NCBI GenBank assembly: GCA_034667465.1
Contig: JAXDJV010000013.1
Location: 188,303 to 252,302, forward strand
Direction of reading: 5' to 3'
DNA from: Acidobacteriota bacterium
Lineage (GTDB): Bacteria; Acidobacteriota; Thermoanaerobaculia; Gp7-AA8
DNA length: 64,000 bases
A model generated the notes under the pieces. That model saw only the letters and a program-made list of their open reading frames with translations, made no database searches and had not been told where the DNA came from. Shown here in pieces: positions 28,268 to 38,362 of this stretch. Every line of letters begins with the position of its first letter. The first letter of the stretch is position 1. The position numbers and the translations under genes are program-made.

Positions 28268-29113
28268 CGTGATCTCGACGTCGACCTGCTGGCGCCGCAG
28301 CAGCATCCGCTCGAGCAGCGCAACGCGCGCGATCAATTCCGACTGTCCGCGAAGCAGCGCCGTGATCTCCATCTCCGCTTTCAGATTCACCTGATAGTCG
28401 TTCTCGGCGAGGAGCTTGTCCTTCATCGACTGCCGGTTCTGACTCATCATGATGATCGGCGCCTGCAGCGCGGCGACGGTCGACAGACAGAGGTTGAGCA
28501 GGATGAACGGATACGGATCGAAGTCCGCTCGGCGCGCGATGTTCACGCCCATCCAGATCGTCATGATGGCCGCGAACATGAAGATGAACGGCCACGAGCC
28601 GCCGAACGCCGCGACGCGATCGGCGACGCGCTGACCGAACGTCAGCGCCCCTTCCTGTTCTTCGAGGACGTTGCGCGAGACCTGACGCGACATCAGCTCA
28701 TTCGTCTGCCGCAGGCGATCGCTCAGCTCCGCGATGATCCGCATCGACGCCGCAGGATTCTTGTTGAGGAAGTCGGCGAAATCATCGCGATCGAGTCTCA
28801 CCAGCCGCGCAGGTTTGATCGCTGTCGCCGTCGCCGAACGCGGCGCGCCGTCGAACAGCGACAACTCGCCGAAGAACTGTCCAGGATAAAGACTCGCCAG
28901 GCTGACTTTCGTCCGCCCTTCGCCGTACGAGATGTCGACCGCGCCGTCTTCAACGATGAAGAGCGACGAGCCTTCGTCGCCCTGGTTGAAGATCACCTCG
29001 TCCTGCGCGTACGAGATCTCCTCGAGGCGCGAGACGAGCGATTGCAAATCGTCCGCGGTCAGCGACTCGAAGATCGGGATGTTCGCAAGTAGTTCCTGAC
29101 GAGACATCGACAT
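28259..29113 (-). CDS. Cyclic nucleotide-binding domain protein fused to a DUF1003-like membrane domain
   Basis: 'IFNQGDEGSSLFIVEDGAV...GELSLFDGAPRSATA' cNMP-binding signature. C-terminal two-TM region 'WPFIFMFAAIMTIWM'. Confidence 0.75.
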   Translation of the reverse strand: MSMSRQELLANIPIFESLTADDLQSLVSRLEEISYAQDEVIFNQGDEGSSLFIVEDGAVDISYGEGRTKVSLASLYPGQFFGELSLFDGAPRSATATAIKPARLVRLDRDDFADFLNKNPAASMRIIAELSDRLRQTNELMSRQVSRNVLEEQEGALTFGQRVADRVAAFGGSWPFIFMFAAIMTIWMGVNIARRADFDPYPFILLNLCLSTVAALQAPIIMMSQNRQSMKDKLLAENDYQVNLKAEMEITALLRGQSELIARVALLERMLLRRQQVDVEITSG

Positions 29114-29141
29114 GCAAATGAGATTAGCAGATGAGACGCGC

Positions 29142-30944
29142 TCAATCCTCCGCGAGGCGCCGGGCGTGAGCGCTCAACAGATCGCTGCGCGTGATGATCC
29201 CGACCACGCGCCGCGGCGCATCGCGCTCGACGACGGCGAGCCGCCCGACGTGCTCGCGCACCATGTGATCGGCGGCGTCGCGCAGCGATGAGTCGGGAAA
29301 CGCGACGGCCGGCGGACGATGAATCAGCTCACCGATGTGCGTCGACGCGTCGCGCCCGAGCACGTCGCGGCGCGTGATCATGCCGAGGAGATTGTCGTGG
29401 CCGTCGACGACCGGAAATCCCTGATGCGAATTGACGATCGCCGTCACTTCGCCGAGCGTCTGAGTATCGCGGAACACGACGACGTTTCGTGAGCAGGCGT
29501 CGCCGACCGCAATTCGATCGAGATAGTCGGCCGAGTATTCGCTCGGCACGCGCACGCCGCGGCGCGCCAGCTTCTCGGTCATGATCGTGTTTCGCATCAG
29601 CAGCGACGAGACGAGATAGCCGGCGGTACAGCCGGCGAGCAGCGGCAGCAGACCGATCGGCTGCAGCGTCGTCTCGAATGCGAAGACGACCGACGCGAGC
29701 AGCGCTCGCGATGCGCCGGCGAACATCGCCGCCATCCCGACCAGCGCGCAGATCCGCACGTCGACGCCGACCGACGGAAACGCGCGCGCCGCGATTTCGC
29801 CGATCACGACTCCGGCGCCGCCGCCGATCGTGAAGAGTGGCGCCAGAGTTCCGCCCGACGTGCCGCTGCCGAGCGAGATCGACCATGAGATGAATTTGAA
29901 AATGCAGAGGATGAGCACCGCTTTGCCGGCGATGTGTCCCGAGACGAGTCCTTCGATGTTGTCGTAACCGACGCCGAGCGTGTGCGGCGCGAAGATGCCG
30001 ACGGCGCCGACGGCGAGACCGCCGAGCGCCGGCCACCACATCCAGTGAATCGGCAGATGCTCGAACAGATCTTCAATCCAGTAGACCGCGCGCGTGACGT
30101 AAACGGAGAGCCAGCCGACGAGCGCGCCGATCAAGGCGTACATCGCCAGCGCTTCTTCCGTAGGACGCGCGAGCAGCGGCATCGCGAAGATCGGCGCGGT
30201 GCCGGCGTACGCCATCCGCACGGCGGTCGCCGTCACGGCCGCAAGCGCAACAGGAACGAGCGACCGCGGACGAAACTCGAACAGCAGCAATTCGATCGCG
30301 AGCAGCACCGCGGAGACCGGCGAGCCGAACGTCGCCGCCATGCCGGCCGCTGCGCCCGCGGCGAGCAGCGTCTTCCGCTCCTGCGCGCTCATCTTCAATA
30401 CCTGACCAACGAGCGATCCGAGCGCGCCGCCGGTCGCGATGATCGGTCCCTCGGCGCCAAACGGTCCGCCGGTGCCGATCGAGATCGCCGCCGACAACGG
30501 CTTCAGAAACGTGACGCGCGCCGGGATCCTGCTTTCGTTGAGCAGGACCTGCTCCATCGCTTCCGGGATGCCGTGGCCGCGAATCGCTTTCGAGCCGTAG
30601 CGCGCCATGACGCCGACGATCAATCCGCCGATGACCGGAATGAAGAGGACGAGCCAGCCGAGGTGATTGCCGGCGGGCGAAACGAGCGCGGTCGAGAAAC
30701 GTCCGTAGAACGCGATGTTCGTCACGATGCCGATCAGCGCGACGAGGATTTGCGCGATGAAGCCGGTGACGAACGCGAGGAGCATCGCCCACATGCAGAT
30801 GACGACGACGCGCTTGTCGATGAGCGATCGTTCCACCGGGATGCGCGCCGCTTCGATCGAATCGGCCATCGACGGAGCGATCGGCAGTCCGTCGCTCGTC
30901 GCGCCGCGCTCCACTTCCAGATCAGATGCTTCGTGCTTTTTCAT
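29142..30944 (-). CDS. ClC family voltage-gated chloride channel/antiporter with C-terminal CBS pair
   Basis: 'GSKAIRGHGIPE'. 'GTGGPFGAEGP' selectivity-filter motif. 'GxFxP'-type 'GGTLAPLF'. Two CBS domains at the C-terminus. Confidence 0.85.
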   Translation of the reverse strand: MKKHEASDLEVERGATSDGLPIAPSMADSIEAARIPVERSLIDKRVVVICMWAMLLAFVTGFIAQILVALIGIVTNIAFYGRFSTALVSPAGNHLGWLVLFIPVIGGLIVGVMARYGSKAIRGHGIPEAMEQVLLNESRIPARVTFLKPLSAAISIGTGGPFGAEGPIIATGGALGSLVGQVLKMSAQERKTLLAAGAAAGMAATFGSPVSAVLLAIELLLFEFRPRSLVPVALAAVTATAVRMAYAGTAPIFAMPLLARPTEEALAMYALIGALVGWLSVYVTRAVYWIEDLFEHLPIHWMWWPALGGLAVGAVGIFAPHTLGVGYDNIEGLVSGHIAGKAVLILCIFKFISWSISLGSGTSGGTLAPLFTIGGGAGVVIGEIAARAFPSVGVDVRICALVGMAAMFAGASRALLASVVFAFETTLQPIGLLPLLAGCTAGYLVSSLLMRNTIMTEKLARRGVRVPSEYSADYLDRIAVGDACSRNVVVFRDTQTLGEVTAIVNSHQGFPVVDGHDNLLGMITRRDVLGRDASTHIGELIHRPPAVAFPDSSLRDAADHMVREHVGRLAVVERDAPRRVVGIITRSDLLSAHARRLAED

Positions 30945-31408
30945 TTTCCCTTTCGCTCTTCAAAGAACATCGGCGCCGGCGACGTGTCGGAGTCGAGCGA
31001 CGCGACGATCTTCTCGAACGTCTTCGCGAACGCCGCCCGCTCGCGCGCCGGCAGCGCTTCGATCGCTTCGATCAGTCGTTCCTGCGCGATCGGCGGCGCT
31101 TTCTGCAGCGCCGCATGTCCGCTGCGCGTGAGCGTCAGCACGAGACGCCGCGCATCTTCCGCATGGCGTTCACGCGCCACGAATCCCGCCTCGGCGAGCC
31201 GGCTGACGACGACGGAGACCGAGCTCTGATCGGTGCGCGTCCGTTCCGCGAGATCGCTGAGTGACTGCTCGGGCGTTCGGCCGAGCTCGGCGAGCACGAA
31301 GAGTTGCGCGGCGGAAAGCCCGGTGTCAGTTTGCGCGGCACGGTCGGCGACGCGGAGGAGTCGCACGAGGCGGCGGATCGATTCAAGGATTCTGCGGCTG
31401 TCGCTCAT
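30941..31408 (-). CDS. MarR family transcriptional regulator
   Basis: Internal ATG 'MSDSRRILESIRRLVRLL...SAAQLFVLAELGRTPEQSLSDLAERT' winged-HTH. Stop overlaps the ClC start (4 nt). Confidence 0.8.
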   Translation of the reverse strand: MSDSRRILESIRRLVRLLRVADRAAQTDTGLSAAQLFVLAELGRTPEQSLSDLAERTRTDQSSVSVVVSRLAEAGFVARERHAEDARRLVLTLTRSGHAALQKAPPIAQERLIEAIEALPARERAAFAKTFEKIVASLDSDTSPAPMFFEERKGK

Positions 31409-31478
31409 TACATGGGAGCCCAACCATTGCGATGGCGGACATCTTCCCGAACCCGCGATCTGAGCCCATACTTCAGTC

Positions 31479-32735
31479 ATGAAACGCGCACTGCTGCTGA
31501 TCGTTGCAACGCTGGCGACCTCCGCGTTCGCTGCGGAGCTTTACGTTCCGATGAGCGGTGACGCGGCGCTGCGGATCGTCAATCCGACGGAACGCCGCGC
31601 GAACGTCACCATCGAGTTGCTCGAGACCGCGGCGCTCGCGCCGTCGAAAACGACGCACGCGACTCTCGCGCCGGGCGAAGAGCTCCGCTGGAACGGATCG
31701 GGATTCGGCGCGGTGCGGATCGTGATGAGCGAGCCGCTCACCGTGAACGGCGGACCGCTGTTCGACGCGCAGAAAGCGTTCGCAGGCGGAACGCTCGATG
31801 CGCGACAGACATCGATCGGCGTCGTGAACCCGGCAAATGGGGAGGTCGTCGTCGGCATCGAGCTGACCAGCGACGGCAACCTTATCGATCGCGTCTCGAT
31901 CATCGTTCCCGCGCGCGGCATGCGCTTCATTCGGATGGATCGTCTGTTCGATGCGTTCGGCGATCGGCTGACGTTCACGTCGCCGCAGCCGGTCGTGATC
32001 TTCGGCTATGACGAAGAGCATTCAACCTTCCCCGCCGCGACGACGACGTCACGTCATCGAGTAGTCGCCGTCGCACCGGCGCCGCAACCGCAGCCACAGC
32101 CGCAACCTTCGACGCCGGAGACGATCGTCATCACAGCTTCGAAAGACGCCACGCTTTACGAGACCGGCGACGGCTCGCTCGCGAACAGCATCGGCATTCA
32201 CCTCTTCGCCGGCACGACGAACGGTTCGCAGGTTCGCCGCGCGCTGCTGGCGTTCGACGTCGCGTCGAAGATTCCACCCGGCAGCACGATCACGCGCGCA
32301 TCGCTGACGATGCATATGACGCGAACGATCGCCGGAACGGAGTCGATACAGCTTCGCCGCGTGCTGGCCGACTGGAGCGAAGGAACGTCGAACGCCGGCG
32401 GTGCGCGTGACGGGATCGGCGCGCAATCGAAGACTTCCGACCCGACGTGGATTCACGCGTCATTCCCGAGCAGAGCCTGGAGTAAAGCGGGCGGCGATTT
32501 CGACGCGGCGGCCGATTCGACGACGGACGTCAGCGACTTCGGCAACTACACGTGGGGAACGTCGGCGTCGATGGTGGCTCGCGTCCAGTCGTGGGTCGAT
32601 CAGCCGGCAACCAACTTCGGCTGGCTGCTCGTCGGTCCGGAGTCGACGGCCCGGACTGCGAAGATGTTCGACAGCCGTCAGATCGCGGTCGAAGCGAATC
32701 GCCCGTCGCTGACGGTGGAATTCACCAAACCGTGA
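31479..32735 (+). CDS. Secreted DNRLRE domain-containing protein
   Basis: Signal peptide 'MKRALLLIVATLATSAFA'. C-terminal block 'ASKDATLYE...LLAFDV...MFDSRQIAVEANRPSLTVEF' matches the DNRLRE domain. A 'PAPQPQPQPQP' linker separates the N-terminal beta domain. Confidence 0.6.
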   Translation: MKRALLLIVATLATSAFAAELYVPMSGDAALRIVNPTERRANVTIELLETAALAPSKTTHATLAPGEELRWNGSGFGAVRIVMSEPLTVNGGPLFDAQKAFAGGTLDARQTSIGVVNPANGEVVVGIELTSDGNLIDRVSIIVPARGMRFIRMDRLFDAFGDRLTFTSPQPVVIFGYDEEHSTFPAATTTSRHRVVAVAPAPQPQPQPQPSTPETIVITASKDATLYETGDGSLANSIGIHLFAGTTNGSQVRRALLAFDVASKIPPGSTITRASLTMHMTRTIAGTESIQLRRVLADWSEGTSNAGGARDGIGAQSKTSDPTWIHASFPSRAWSKAGGDFDAAADSTTDVSDFGNYTWGTSASMVARVQSWVDQPATNFGWLLVGPESTARTAKMFDSRQIAVEANRPSLTVEFTKP

Positions 32736-32779
32736 GGGTGCTATCCTGACAATTACTTCCGCAACTGAGGACCATCCAA

Positions 32780-33316
32780 TTGAATGATGACAAACGCACG
32801 CTCGACGCTTCGAACGAAGCGTTCGACGAGCGCAGCATCGCAAGGAAGTACGGGCTGAAGGAGCTCGTATATCCCGACTCCGAACAGACGAAAACTCTCT
32901 CTCAGTTTCTCGGCAACGCCGTCGAGACCGCGCGCTGCGGCCCCGTGCCGAAAATGGCCGTGATGGTCATGCTCGAGTTTCTGCAGGCGGTGCTCAACCG
33001 GCAGCACATCACCAAAGGGCCGCGCATGTCGCACGATGAGTTCGACCTGCTGCAGACGCCGTACTACCTCGCGGCGCGCATCGTCAGCAAAATCGTGCGC
33101 GAGCGAAAAGAGATCGCGGAGTCGCGCGGCAAGCTCTATCAGACGACCTACGTCAGCCTGAATCAGTTCATCGAATTGCTGCGCAGCCTCCTCGATCCCG
33201 GCTGTTACTGGCTGCGGATGCGGGAGATTCCGGAAGGGGTCGTGGAAGCGATGTCGGCTCTCCAGGAGTTCGCGCTCGCGTATCCCGAGCTCCGCCGCAA
33301 AGGGCGGGCGCTGTAG
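32780..33316 (+). CDS. Hypothetical protein
   Basis: 178-aa ORF with host-like codon usage and no recognisable motif. Confidence 0.45.
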   Translation: MNDDKRTLDASNEAFDERSIARKYGLKELVYPDSEQTKTLSQFLGNAVETARCGPVPKMAVMVMLEFLQAVLNRQHITKGPRMSHDEFDLLQTPYYLAARIVSKIVRERKEIAESRGKLYQTTYVSLNQFIELLRSLLDPGCYWLRMREIPEGVVEAMSALQEFALAYPELRRKGRAL

Positions 33317-33320
33317 CCGC

Positions 33321-33920
33321 GTGCCGAAGCATTACGACAAAGCGTATTTCGACCGCTGGTACCGCGGACGCAATCGCGTCAGCACGCGCGCCGAGGTGCG
33401 GCGCAAAGTCGTCCTCGCCGTTTCGATCGCCGAATACTTTCTGCGGCGTCCGATCCGCAACGTGCTCGACGTCGGCTGCGGCGAAGGCGCGTGGCTTCCG
33501 CATCTCCGCGAGCTTCGCCCGCGCGTCGCATACCTCGGGCTCGATCCGAGTGATTACGCCGTGGCGCGTTTCGGAAAAAAGCGCAACATCCGGAAGGCCG
33601 CATTCGGCGAGCTGCCGTCGCTCCGGCTCGACGACTCGTACGATCTGATCATCTGTTCGGATGCCCTGCATTACGTCCCCGACGCCGAAGTTGCGCCGGG
33701 CATTCGCGAGCTCGTTCGTCTTCTCGACGGCGTGGCATTTCTCGAAGTACTGACGAAAGAAGATGAGATCGTCGGCGATCTCGACTCGCTCCTGCGCCGT
33801 CCCGCGGCGTGGTATCGCAAGACGTTCAGAGCCGCCGGACTGATTCCGGTCGGACCGTTCACGTGGTCGGCACCGGAGCTCGATCCGACATTTGCTGAGC
33901 TCGAATCGCCCGCGCGATGA
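33321..33920 (+). CDS. Class I SAM-dependent methyltransferase
   Basis: 'VLDVGCGEGAW' motif I. 'LIICSDALHYV' motif II/III. Confidence 0.7.
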   Translation: MPKHYDKAYFDRWYRGRNRVSTRAEVRRKVVLAVSIAEYFLRRPIRNVLDVGCGEGAWLPHLRELRPRVAYLGLDPSDYAVARFGKKRNIRKAAFGELPSLRLDDSYDLIICSDALHYVPDAEVAPGIRELVRLLDGVAFLEVLTKEDEIVGDLDSLLRRPAAWYRKTFRAAGLIPVGPFTWSAPELDPTFAELESPAR

Positions 33921-34153
33921 ACGTCGTCCTGGGTCGAGGGCCGGGCATTCAGGCAGGAATTTCGCACCGCGCCGAACCATGAACGCTCTCGCTCTCATCA
34001 CGCTCAACGGCTGGAATGTCGCAGGATTGACGGCCGCCACCGTCGCCTCATTCGCGGTCGTCTGGGTCTCCATCCGGCTCGAAAAACCGCTGAAGTAACG
34101 AACGGGTTTCGCGTAACTGTCACATTCTCCTGGCGTAATTCTGCCGGGCAGAG

Positions 34154-35416
34154 GTGTACATTCGCTTCATGTCCGGCAACCGTCGTGCGTTGCAAATCGT
34201 CCTCGCTCTCCTCATCACCATCGGCGCCGCGGCGCTGATCGTCACCTGCACGACGAGCTCGCCGAAGACGCGCACGAGCGTCGTCGCGAAGAAACCGATC
34301 GTCGCGCCGGCGGAAACTTGTGCCGCGATCGATCCGCTGCCGCCCGCCGAACCGTCGCGAAATGTGCCGACGCTCGCCGAGGCTGCGCAAAGCGCGATCG
34401 ATCGTCGAGTGAAAGCGCTGGCCGGCGAGCTCGCCTCGATGTGGACGCGCAATCCGGAAGAGCTCGTGGCCGTCGTCGATGACGCCGCGAAGAGCGATCC
34501 GCGCTCGCCGTCCGTGACGCTGCTCCTCGCCATCGCGCACGCGGAAACAAACGGCGAGATCCTCGACGTCTCGGAAGCGGGAGCGGTCGGACTCGCGCAG
34601 GCGACGCCGGTGGCGATTCGGCAGGAAGAGCTCGACGGAAAAATGTTCGTCACCGCCGACTACCTCACCGGCTCGCGCGCCTACATCATGAAGAAGCCGC
34701 TCGGCGACGCCGACACGATCGCGTCGATGCTGCTGACGAAAGACGATCCGAAGCGGCGCGCTCGCGCGAAGCGCCTTCTCGCGTCGGCGTTCGAACTGCG
34801 GCGCGAAGGGGTCGACGAGCTCGCGCTGCTCGATCGATTCGCATCGCCGCGCTTCGCGGCCTCCGTCGATCGCGCCGACGAGCACAATCTGACGCGCCTT
34901 CGCGAATTGAAGAAGCTCCTCGCGCACCGTGACAAACGCGCGCTGCGTCGTTACCGCGACAACGTGCGCGGCGAATACCGCTCACTAAAACAGACGCAGG
35001 TCGTGACGTGGAAGCGCTATCAGGACGACCTCATCGCCGCTCGCGATCGCGCGCTCGAAGAACACTTCGGCCGCAGCGCCGCCGTCGTGAAGAAGGAACA
35101 GCCATACGAAGCCGGCGAATACCTTGCGTCCGAGCTCGACCTTCGTTTCTCCGCGCGACAGATGGCGGCGTTTCTCGTGCGCCATCTCGAACGGAAATCG
35201 GAGGAAGCACGACGCCTCTCCGATTCCGATGACGACGATCGCATCGAGGAGATGACCGCCGCGCTTTACAACGGCGGCTCGCACAACGTGAAGCGAATGC
35301 TCGCGGGACTGATCGCGTCGCTGCCGGAAACGCAGCACTACATGCGCAAAGTGCCGCAGACGCGGCGGCGGCTCGACGCGACGATCGCGCGCGTCGAACC
35401 GCTCGCGTCGCGCTAA
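34154..35416 (+). CDS. Lytic transglycosylase (SLT) domain protein, membrane-anchored
   Basis: N-terminal TM 'ALQIVLALLITIGAAALIV'. 'LLAIAHAETNGEILDVSEAGAVGLAQ' SLT catalytic Glu and motif. Confidence 0.65.
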   Translation: MYIRFMSGNRRALQIVLALLITIGAAALIVTCTTSSPKTRTSVVAKKPIVAPAETCAAIDPLPPAEPSRNVPTLAEAAQSAIDRRVKALAGELASMWTRNPEELVAVVDDAAKSDPRSPSVTLLLAIAHAETNGEILDVSEAGAVGLAQATPVAIRQEELDGKMFVTADYLTGSRAYIMKKPLGDADTIASMLLTKDDPKRRARAKRLLASAFELRREGVDELALLDRFASPRFAASVDRADEHNLTRLRELKKLLAHRDKRALRRYRDNVRGEYRSLKQTQVVTWKRYQDDLIAARDRALEEHFGRSAAVVKKEQPYEAGEYLASELDLRFSARQMAAFLVRHLERKSEEARRLSDSDDDDRIEEMTAALYNGGSHNVKRMLAGLIASLPETQHYMRKVPQTRRRLDATIARVEPLASR

Positions 35417-35461
35417 CGGCACACCAGCCAGGCTGGACGCGACCGGCGTGCGCGGCGGCAA

Positions 35462-35881
35462 TCAGGACCACAACGCTCTGACCCGCCGGGCCAGCACGTC
35501 TTCCGCTCCGCCGTTCTGCCGGAGGAAGACCATCAACACTCGCCGGAACGCGGTCAGGTTCCGTCTGCCGACCTCCGCTTCCAGCTTGCGCTCGAGACGC
35601 GCGCTCGTCGCCAGAGCGCGGCGCAGGACGTTCTTCCCTTTGTCAGTAAGCTCGAGGCGCACGGCCCGACGGTCGGTGAGATGCGCGGCCCGGCGGATAA
35701 ATCCCTTCCCCTCCATGTCGTCGACCAGCTTGCTCGCGGCCTGTTTCGACACGTCCAACGCTCCTGCGAGTTGCGTAACGGTGAGTGCCTCGGCCGCGAC
35801 GGCACGAATGACAAAGCCGTAGGCCGGCCGCATGTCGCCGAGATCAGCCGCGACCATCGCCTGCAGCAGCCGATCGACCAT
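35462..35881 (-). CDS. MarR family transcriptional regulator
   Basis: Internal ATG 'MVDRLLQAMVAADLGDMRPAYGFVIRAVA...LTVTQLAGALDVSKQAASKLVDDMEGKGFIRR' winged-HTH. Divergent from the cupin gene. Confidence 0.8.
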   Translation of the reverse strand: MVDRLLQAMVAADLGDMRPAYGFVIRAVAAEALTVTQLAGALDVSKQAASKLVDDMEGKGFIRRAAHLTDRRAVRLELTDKGKNVLRRALATSARLERKLEAEVGRRNLTAFRRVLMVFLRQNGGAEDVLARRVRALWS

Positions 35882-35934
35882 TCCGACATAAGCAGCCGTG
35901 ATCAGAAGGGCCAGATCCGGCTTCGGCGCTCGTC

Positions 35935-35975
35935 TATCTCGATTGACAGTCAATGTCTGTTGACTATATGTTTTG
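35935..35975. promoter_or_regulatory. Putative MarR operator in the divergent MarR/cupin promoter region
   Basis: Palindrome TTGACAGTCAA followed by the related half-site gtctgTTGACtat, about 25-60 nt upstream of both divergent starts. Confidence 0.45.
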
Positions 35976-35995
35976 GGCTGACTGGAGGTCAAGCG

Positions 35996-36376
35996 ATGCC
36001 CCGTACATTGTTTCGCCACGCCGATGCCCCACGTTTCGAGGTCGAAGGTGTGACCATCACCGGCTACGCATCACCGGCGCGCGGCTGCGCGAGCGTCAGC
36101 ACATGGAAGCTGGTGCTGCACCCGGGAGCGAGCAGCCCCGTTCACGAGTTGACAACCGATGAGGCGTTCGTGGCCCTTCGAGGCACAGCCGTCGTCATCC
36201 TGGACGGCGAGGAATTCTCTTTCTCGCACGGGGATGGCCTGTCAGTGCCGCCGTCCACGCCGTTCCAGATTCGCAATGACGGTGTGGAGACCTTTGAAGC
36301 AGTCGCCTGCATGACAGCCGGCGGAAAGGCGCGCGTCGGCCATGAGACACCGTTCTCACCACCCTGGGCGCTCTGA
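35996..36376 (+). CDS. Cupin domain protein
   Basis: 'WKLVLHPGASSPVHELTTDEAFVALRGTAVV...DGEEF' cupin motifs 1 and 2. Internal ATG of the listed ORF. Confidence 0.7.
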   Translation: MPRTLFRHADAPRFEVEGVTITGYASPARGCASVSTWKLVLHPGASSPVHELTTDEAFVALRGTAVVILDGEEFSFSHGDGLSVPPSTPFQIRNDGVETFEAVACMTAGGKARVGHETPFSPPWAL

Positions 36377-36420
36377 ATCTCACCGCTGACAGGCTCCGCG
36401 CGCGCCCTCGCCGGCCCTGT

Positions 36421-38295
36421 CTACTTCTCCACGTCCGCTTCCGGCAGCTGCTGCTCCGGATTGAAGTCCGGCAGGATCGCGGCGGTCGACGGCATTCCGC
36501 GGCGCGGCGGCTGCGGTCCGTCGTAGCGATTCGGTCCCGGCGTTCCCGGACGCATCACCAGCATCGTCAGAAAGAAAACGTTGTAGACCGGAATCCAGAG
36601 ACGCCAGTAATCGCGGCCCGGACGATCGATGTCGTGCAGGCGCCGCACGGTGAAGATGCCGGTGAGCACGAGCGACGCGGTGATGATCGCGATGATCGCG
36701 AGAATCGGAGTGGTGATCTGCGCGCGATGGTTCCACACTTCCCACGTGAAGAATGCGCCGATCGCCGCGATGCCGAAGAACGCCAGCGCGAACAGCACAC
36801 GCCCCTTGCGTCCCGCATACACGATCGCGCGCAGACCGTACGCGGTGTAAACCTCGAGTCCGACCACGAGCCAGACGAAGAACCGCATCCACGAGCTCGG
36901 CGGCAGGTAATACGCGAGTCCGATGCACGACAACGCGCCGAGAATCGGGAAGAGATACGTGCCGCCGGGAACGCGAAACGGCCGCGGGCGATTCGGATCC
37001 TTGATGCGCAGGATCATGATGCCCATGCAGACGAGGATGAAGGCGAAGAGCGTCCCGATGTTCGTCAGGTCGACCATCTCGTCGAGCGACGTGAACATCG
37101 CCGTGACGCCGACGCCGATGCCGGTGATGATCGTGGCGACGTGCGGCGTGCCGTACTTCGGATGCACTTTCGCCATCCAGCCGGGCAGCAGTCCGTCGCG
37201 CGACATCGCGAAGAAAATGCGCGGCTGGCCGAGCTGAAAGACGAGCAGCACGGCGGTGTGTGCGACGACCGACCCGAGCGCCACGACGCCGATCATCCAG
37301 TTCGGCATCGAGACGTACTTCATCGCCAGCGTGAGCGGCTCCGCCTGTTCGGTCGACAACGTCTTGACCAGTGCGTGATACGGAATCAGTCCGGTGAAGA
37401 CCGCGGCGATGAACGCGTAGATGATCGTGCAGACGATCAGCGATCCAATGATCCCGATCGGCATGTCTCTCGTCGGATTCTTCGCCTCCTCGGCGGTCGT
37501 CGAGACCGCATCGAAACCGATGTACGCGAAGAAGACGATCGCCGCGCCGGCACCGATTCCTTTGAAGCCGTTCGGCGCGAACGGATGCCAGTTCTCGGGG
37601 CGAACGTACTTGAAGCAGACGATGACGAAGAACGCGAGGACGACCAGCTTGATCGCCACCATCACGAAGTTGAAGCTCGCCGATTCGCGGATGCCCCAGA
37701 CCAGAACGACCGTGATCGCCGCGACGATCAGCACCGCGAAGAGATTGAAGATGATCGGGAAGCCGAAGATGTGCGGCGCCGATGCGACGACGTTCGGCAT
37801 CTTCCGCACCGCGGTGCCGTAGTCGACCGACAACCAGAGCGGGATTTTGAGCTTGAATCCCGCGAGAAACGTATTGAAGTAGTTCGCCCAGGAGATGGCG
37901 ACCGCGACGTTGCCGATCGCGTATTCGATGATGAGATCCCAGCCGATGATCCACGCCACCAGCTCGCCGAGCGTCGCGTATGAATACGTGTACGCGGAGC
38001 CCGAGACCGGCACCATCGAAGCGAACTCGGCGTAGCAGAGAGCCGTGAACGCGCAGACGATCGCGGTCAGCACGAACGAGAGCATCAATGCCGGACCGGC
38101 GCCGGGACGGAGGTGATCGCCGGCCGCCGCGGTACCGATCGTCGCGAAGATGCCGGCGCCGATGATCGCTCCGACACCGAGCGCGACCAGGTTCCACGGC
38201 CCGAGGACCTTCTTCAGTTGATGACCTTCCTGATGCGTCTCCGCAACGAGGTCATCCAGCGATTTCGTGCGCAACAGTTGACTGATGAGTGACAT
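36421..38295 (-). CDS. APC superfamily amino acid permease fused to a C-terminal DUF805 domain
   Basis: 'LGPWNLVALGVGAIIGAGIFATIG' APC N-terminal signature. About 12 TM helices. Then 'RRLHDIDRPGRDYWRLWIPVYNVFFL...GPNRYDGPQPP' typical of DUF805. Confidence 0.8.
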   Translation of the reverse strand: MSLISQLLRTKSLDDLVAETHQEGHQLKKVLGPWNLVALGVGAIIGAGIFATIGTAAAGDHLRPGAGPALMLSFVLTAIVCAFTALCYAEFASMVPVSGSAYTYSYATLGELVAWIIGWDLIIEYAIGNVAVAISWANYFNTFLAGFKLKIPLWLSVDYGTAVRKMPNVVASAPHIFGFPIIFNLFAVLIVAAITVVLVWGIRESASFNFVMVAIKLVVLAFFVIVCFKYVRPENWHPFAPNGFKGIGAGAAIVFFAYIGFDAVSTTAEEAKNPTRDMPIGIIGSLIVCTIIYAFIAAVFTGLIPYHALVKTLSTEQAEPLTLAMKYVSMPNWMIGVVALGSVVAHTAVLLVFQLGQPRIFFAMSRDGLLPGWMAKVHPKYGTPHVATIITGIGVGVTAMFTSLDEMVDLTNIGTLFAFILVCMGIMILRIKDPNRPRPFRVPGGTYLFPILGALSCIGLAYYLPPSSWMRFFVWLVVGLEVYTAYGLRAIVYAGRKGRVLFALAFFGIAAIGAFFTWEVWNHRAQITTPILAIIAIITASLVLTGIFTVRRLHDIDRPGRDYWRLWIPVYNVFFLTMLVMRPGTPGPNRYDGPQPPRRGMPSTAAILPDFNPEQQLPEADVEK

Positions 38296-38362
38296 GTGTG
38301 GGGCGAATGATAGGGGAATTGCGGCGGCCGCGGCACTGGAACCGCATACAATCCCTGGCCAG

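Noticed and set aside
33892-34098. 68-aa ORF overlapping the methyltransferase 3' end
   Set aside because: The C-terminal half is hydrophobic ('LITLNGWNVAGLTAATVASFAVVWV'), but the N-terminal half is Arg-rich and overlaps the methyltransferase gene. Too weak to call; it could be a small membrane peptide starting at the internal M (33940).
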